A stretch of 64,000 nucleotides of DNA, from positions 1,632,001 to 1,696,000 of the forward strand of contig OZ242318.1 in assembly GCA_965208105.1 (NCBI GenBank). Direction: 5' to 3'. The translations under genes were made by a program, and so were the position numbers. Under the pieces are notes generated by a model, which was not told where the DNA came from, did not search any database, and saw nothing but the letters and a program-made list of their open reading frames with translations. Origin of the DNA: Candidatus Latescibacterota bacterium. Its GTDB lineage: Bacteria; Latescibacterota; UBA2968; UBA8231. Positions within the stretch are counted from its first letter, which is position 1, and each line of letters opens with the position of its first letter. Positions 62,270-64,000 of this stretch are shown in pieces.

Positions 62270-64000
62270 CTACCGGCTTTTGAGGGCGTCGATGCGGAGG
62301 GAGGCTGCGCTCGCGTAGCCGGATTCGAGGAATCCATCCGCCTTGAATTGAATGACACCGCTTCGGTCCAGGTACAGGGTCGTCGGATAGCCGCGGATCT
62401 CGAAGTCCAGCGCAAGTCCCTTTTCATCGAGAAGGACGGGAAATGTGTATCCGTGCTCCTCCAGCAGCTCCGCCACCTCCTCCCGGGGAGACCCCGCTGT
62501 GGCGACGGTGAGGAACACCACGTCTTCGTCGTCCTCGTAAGTCTTGAGCAACTCGACGAAGTGGGGAAACTCCGCCAGGCAGGGACCGCACCAGGTCGCC
62601 CAGAACTTGAGCACGACGATTCTTCCGGCCAGGTCGTTCAGACGCCATTCGAAGCCACTCTGATCTTCGATGGCGAATTCCGGAGCCTCGCGTTGGAGAC
62701 GGCCGCCGAGTTCCTTGCGCTCCATCTCCTTCTTCACCGCAGGGCGGCGGTGGGCGAGCCGTTCATCGATGGATTCGAGGGGCAATCCGGCGGCCTCGGC
62801 AGCTTCCTCCGCGAGGGGACGGAACCCGGACCCGCCAAAGGAGATGGCCTCCACCAAGGCCTCCAGAGCCTCCGCGGGCCGGTCCAGGCGGAGGAGGTGG
62901 CGTCCATATTCCCCCAGCGTCGCGCTTCCTCTCGATTGGTTGGCAAGCTCCTCGAAGAGCCTTCCCGCCGCTTCGGATTCACCCATCTGGGTGAGCGCAC
63001 GAGCCTGGGAGATGCGGGCCAGGTCGACGGCCTTCTGCCGCTCTTTGTCGCGCTTGTCGCCGCGGTAGGCGGCGAACAGATAGCCCGGACGATCCTCCCT
63101 CAGGGCCTTCTCCACAGCGATGGCTTTCTCGAGCACGGCGCGGGGCCGAATCCCGAAATAGAGGAGGCTGTTGAGCGCGGAGACCTGGCGCCCGTTCTGC
63201 CAGCGGATCACCTCCATCGCGGCATCGAACAACGGAACGGCGATTTCCCCATCGAGGGCTGGACCGGGCGGCTCGGCGGCCACTCGAACGGGTCCGTCCA
63301 GCGCCTGCCTGAACGAACGGTCGGGGGCCAACGGGGCCAGCGCCTGCTCCAGGATCGCCATGTAGCGTCTCTTCACCCAGACGCCGCGGCGACCCAGGTC
63401 CGCCGTCTTCAAGCCTTCGTCCACGATCTGGAGCGCCGCCTGCGGCGAAGCGTCTGCGGCTGAGCCGAACAGCCTGTTCCCAAATTTCATGGAGAGATTC
63501 CAGTGGCGCAGTTCGTCGGCCAGAATCCCGCGGTCAGGAGCAGCCTCCAGGCGCCCGAGCCAGCTGTCCGCCTCCTTCTTCCGGCCAAGCATCTCATAGC
63601 CGGCCGCCAGTCGATACAGCAACGTCGCCTCAATGGCGGAGTCTCCCTGTTGCAGCATCGCGAGGCCGTCAAGGGCCGTCCCTATGGAATCCCGCATGGT
63701 TTGGCTTCGGTCCCCTGCTTCCAGGTTGGCGAGCCTGACCCGCAACGACTCCATGTGATGGAGCAGCACGTGGTCGCCTGGCCGCGACCTCTCCAATTCG
63801 ACAAGGATGGCGCCGTAGGCCTCAAGTTCTCCGAGGTCCACCGCCACCGCTTCCGCGTTGCTGTAAATCCCGGGAAGCCGGCTCCCCTTGCGCAGCGCCT
63901 CGGGAAGGACGCGCAGCAGCTCCTCCCCATATCTCCGGTTGCTCTCGACGGAGCAAGCCCACCGCAATGCCATGATGTATCCATCCCACGCGACGGGATC
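62270..64000 (-). CDS. TlpA-like thiol-disulfide oxidoreductase with long helical/TPR-like N-region (5' truncated by the window end)
   Basis: APEF...D..G....L.DLAGRIVVLKFWATWCGPC..E.P, GYPTTLYLDRSG; frame stays open to the window edge. Confidence 0.88.
   Translation of the reverse strand, partial: DPVAWDGYIMALRWACSVESNRRYGEELLRVLPEALRKGSRLPGIYSNAEAVAVDLGELEAYGAILVELERSRPGDHVLLHHMESLRVRLANLEAGDRSQTMRDSIGTALDGLAMLQQGDSAIEATLLYRLAAGYEMLGRKKEADSWLGRLEAAPDRGILADELRHWNLSMKFGNRLFGSAADASPQAALQIVDEGLKTADLGRRGVWVKRRYMAILEQALAPLAPDRSFRQALDGPVRVAAEPPGPALDGEIAVPLFDAAMEVIRWQNGRQVSALNSLLYFGIRPRAVLEKAIAVEKALREDRPGYLFAAYRGDKRDKERQKAVDLARISQARALTQMGESEAAGRLFEELANQSRGSATLGEYGRHLLRLDRPAEALEALVEAISFGGSGFRPLAEEAAEAAGLPLESIDERLAHRRPAVKKEMERKELGGRLQREAPEFAIEDQSGFEWRLNDLAGRIVVLKFWATWCGPCLAEFPHFVELLKTYEDDEDVVFLTVATAGSPREEVAELLEEHGYTFPVLLDEKGLALDFEIRGYPTTLYLDRSGVIQFKADGFLESGYASAASLRIDALKSR

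Overview
A 64-kb high-GC bacterial chromosomal segment with about 45 protein genes, mostly on the minus strand. I found no rRNA, tRNA, CRISPR array, integrase or transposase. The content is catabolic and envelope-related: two TonB-dependent receptors, four PhyH-type 2OG-Fe(II) dioxygenases, three GHL10-like TIM barrels, two beta-propeller hydrolase-like proteins, GH32, IolD, PhnA, an IlvD/Edd dehydratase, S8/S9/M24 peptidases, two Spy/CpxP-like proteins, a DinJ-YafQ module, and two paralogous ~1000-aa exported proteins with Asp-rich Ca-binding-like segments. This gene mix suggests a Latescibacterota/Gemmatimonadota/Poribacteria-like diderm, possibly a sponge symbiont (inference only). Four observations go beyond the ORF track. 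(1) Several intergenic spacers hold short stubs of former neighbour genes (hsdM 5' end, mazF 5' end, an Xre antitoxin 3' end, an S9 peptidase 3' end, a decayed ydeI), pointing to gene-by-gene mosaic shuffling. (2) Both Spy-like genes, 24 kb apart, share a GGAAT-N18-GTCYAA ECF-type promoter and an alignable 5' UTR. (3) Two long structured leaders sit behind clear sigma70 promoters. (4) A ~15-kb co-oriented run of signal-peptide-less hydrolases ends in a DUF6785-like transporter. All family calls come from motif recognition by eye; no database search was run.
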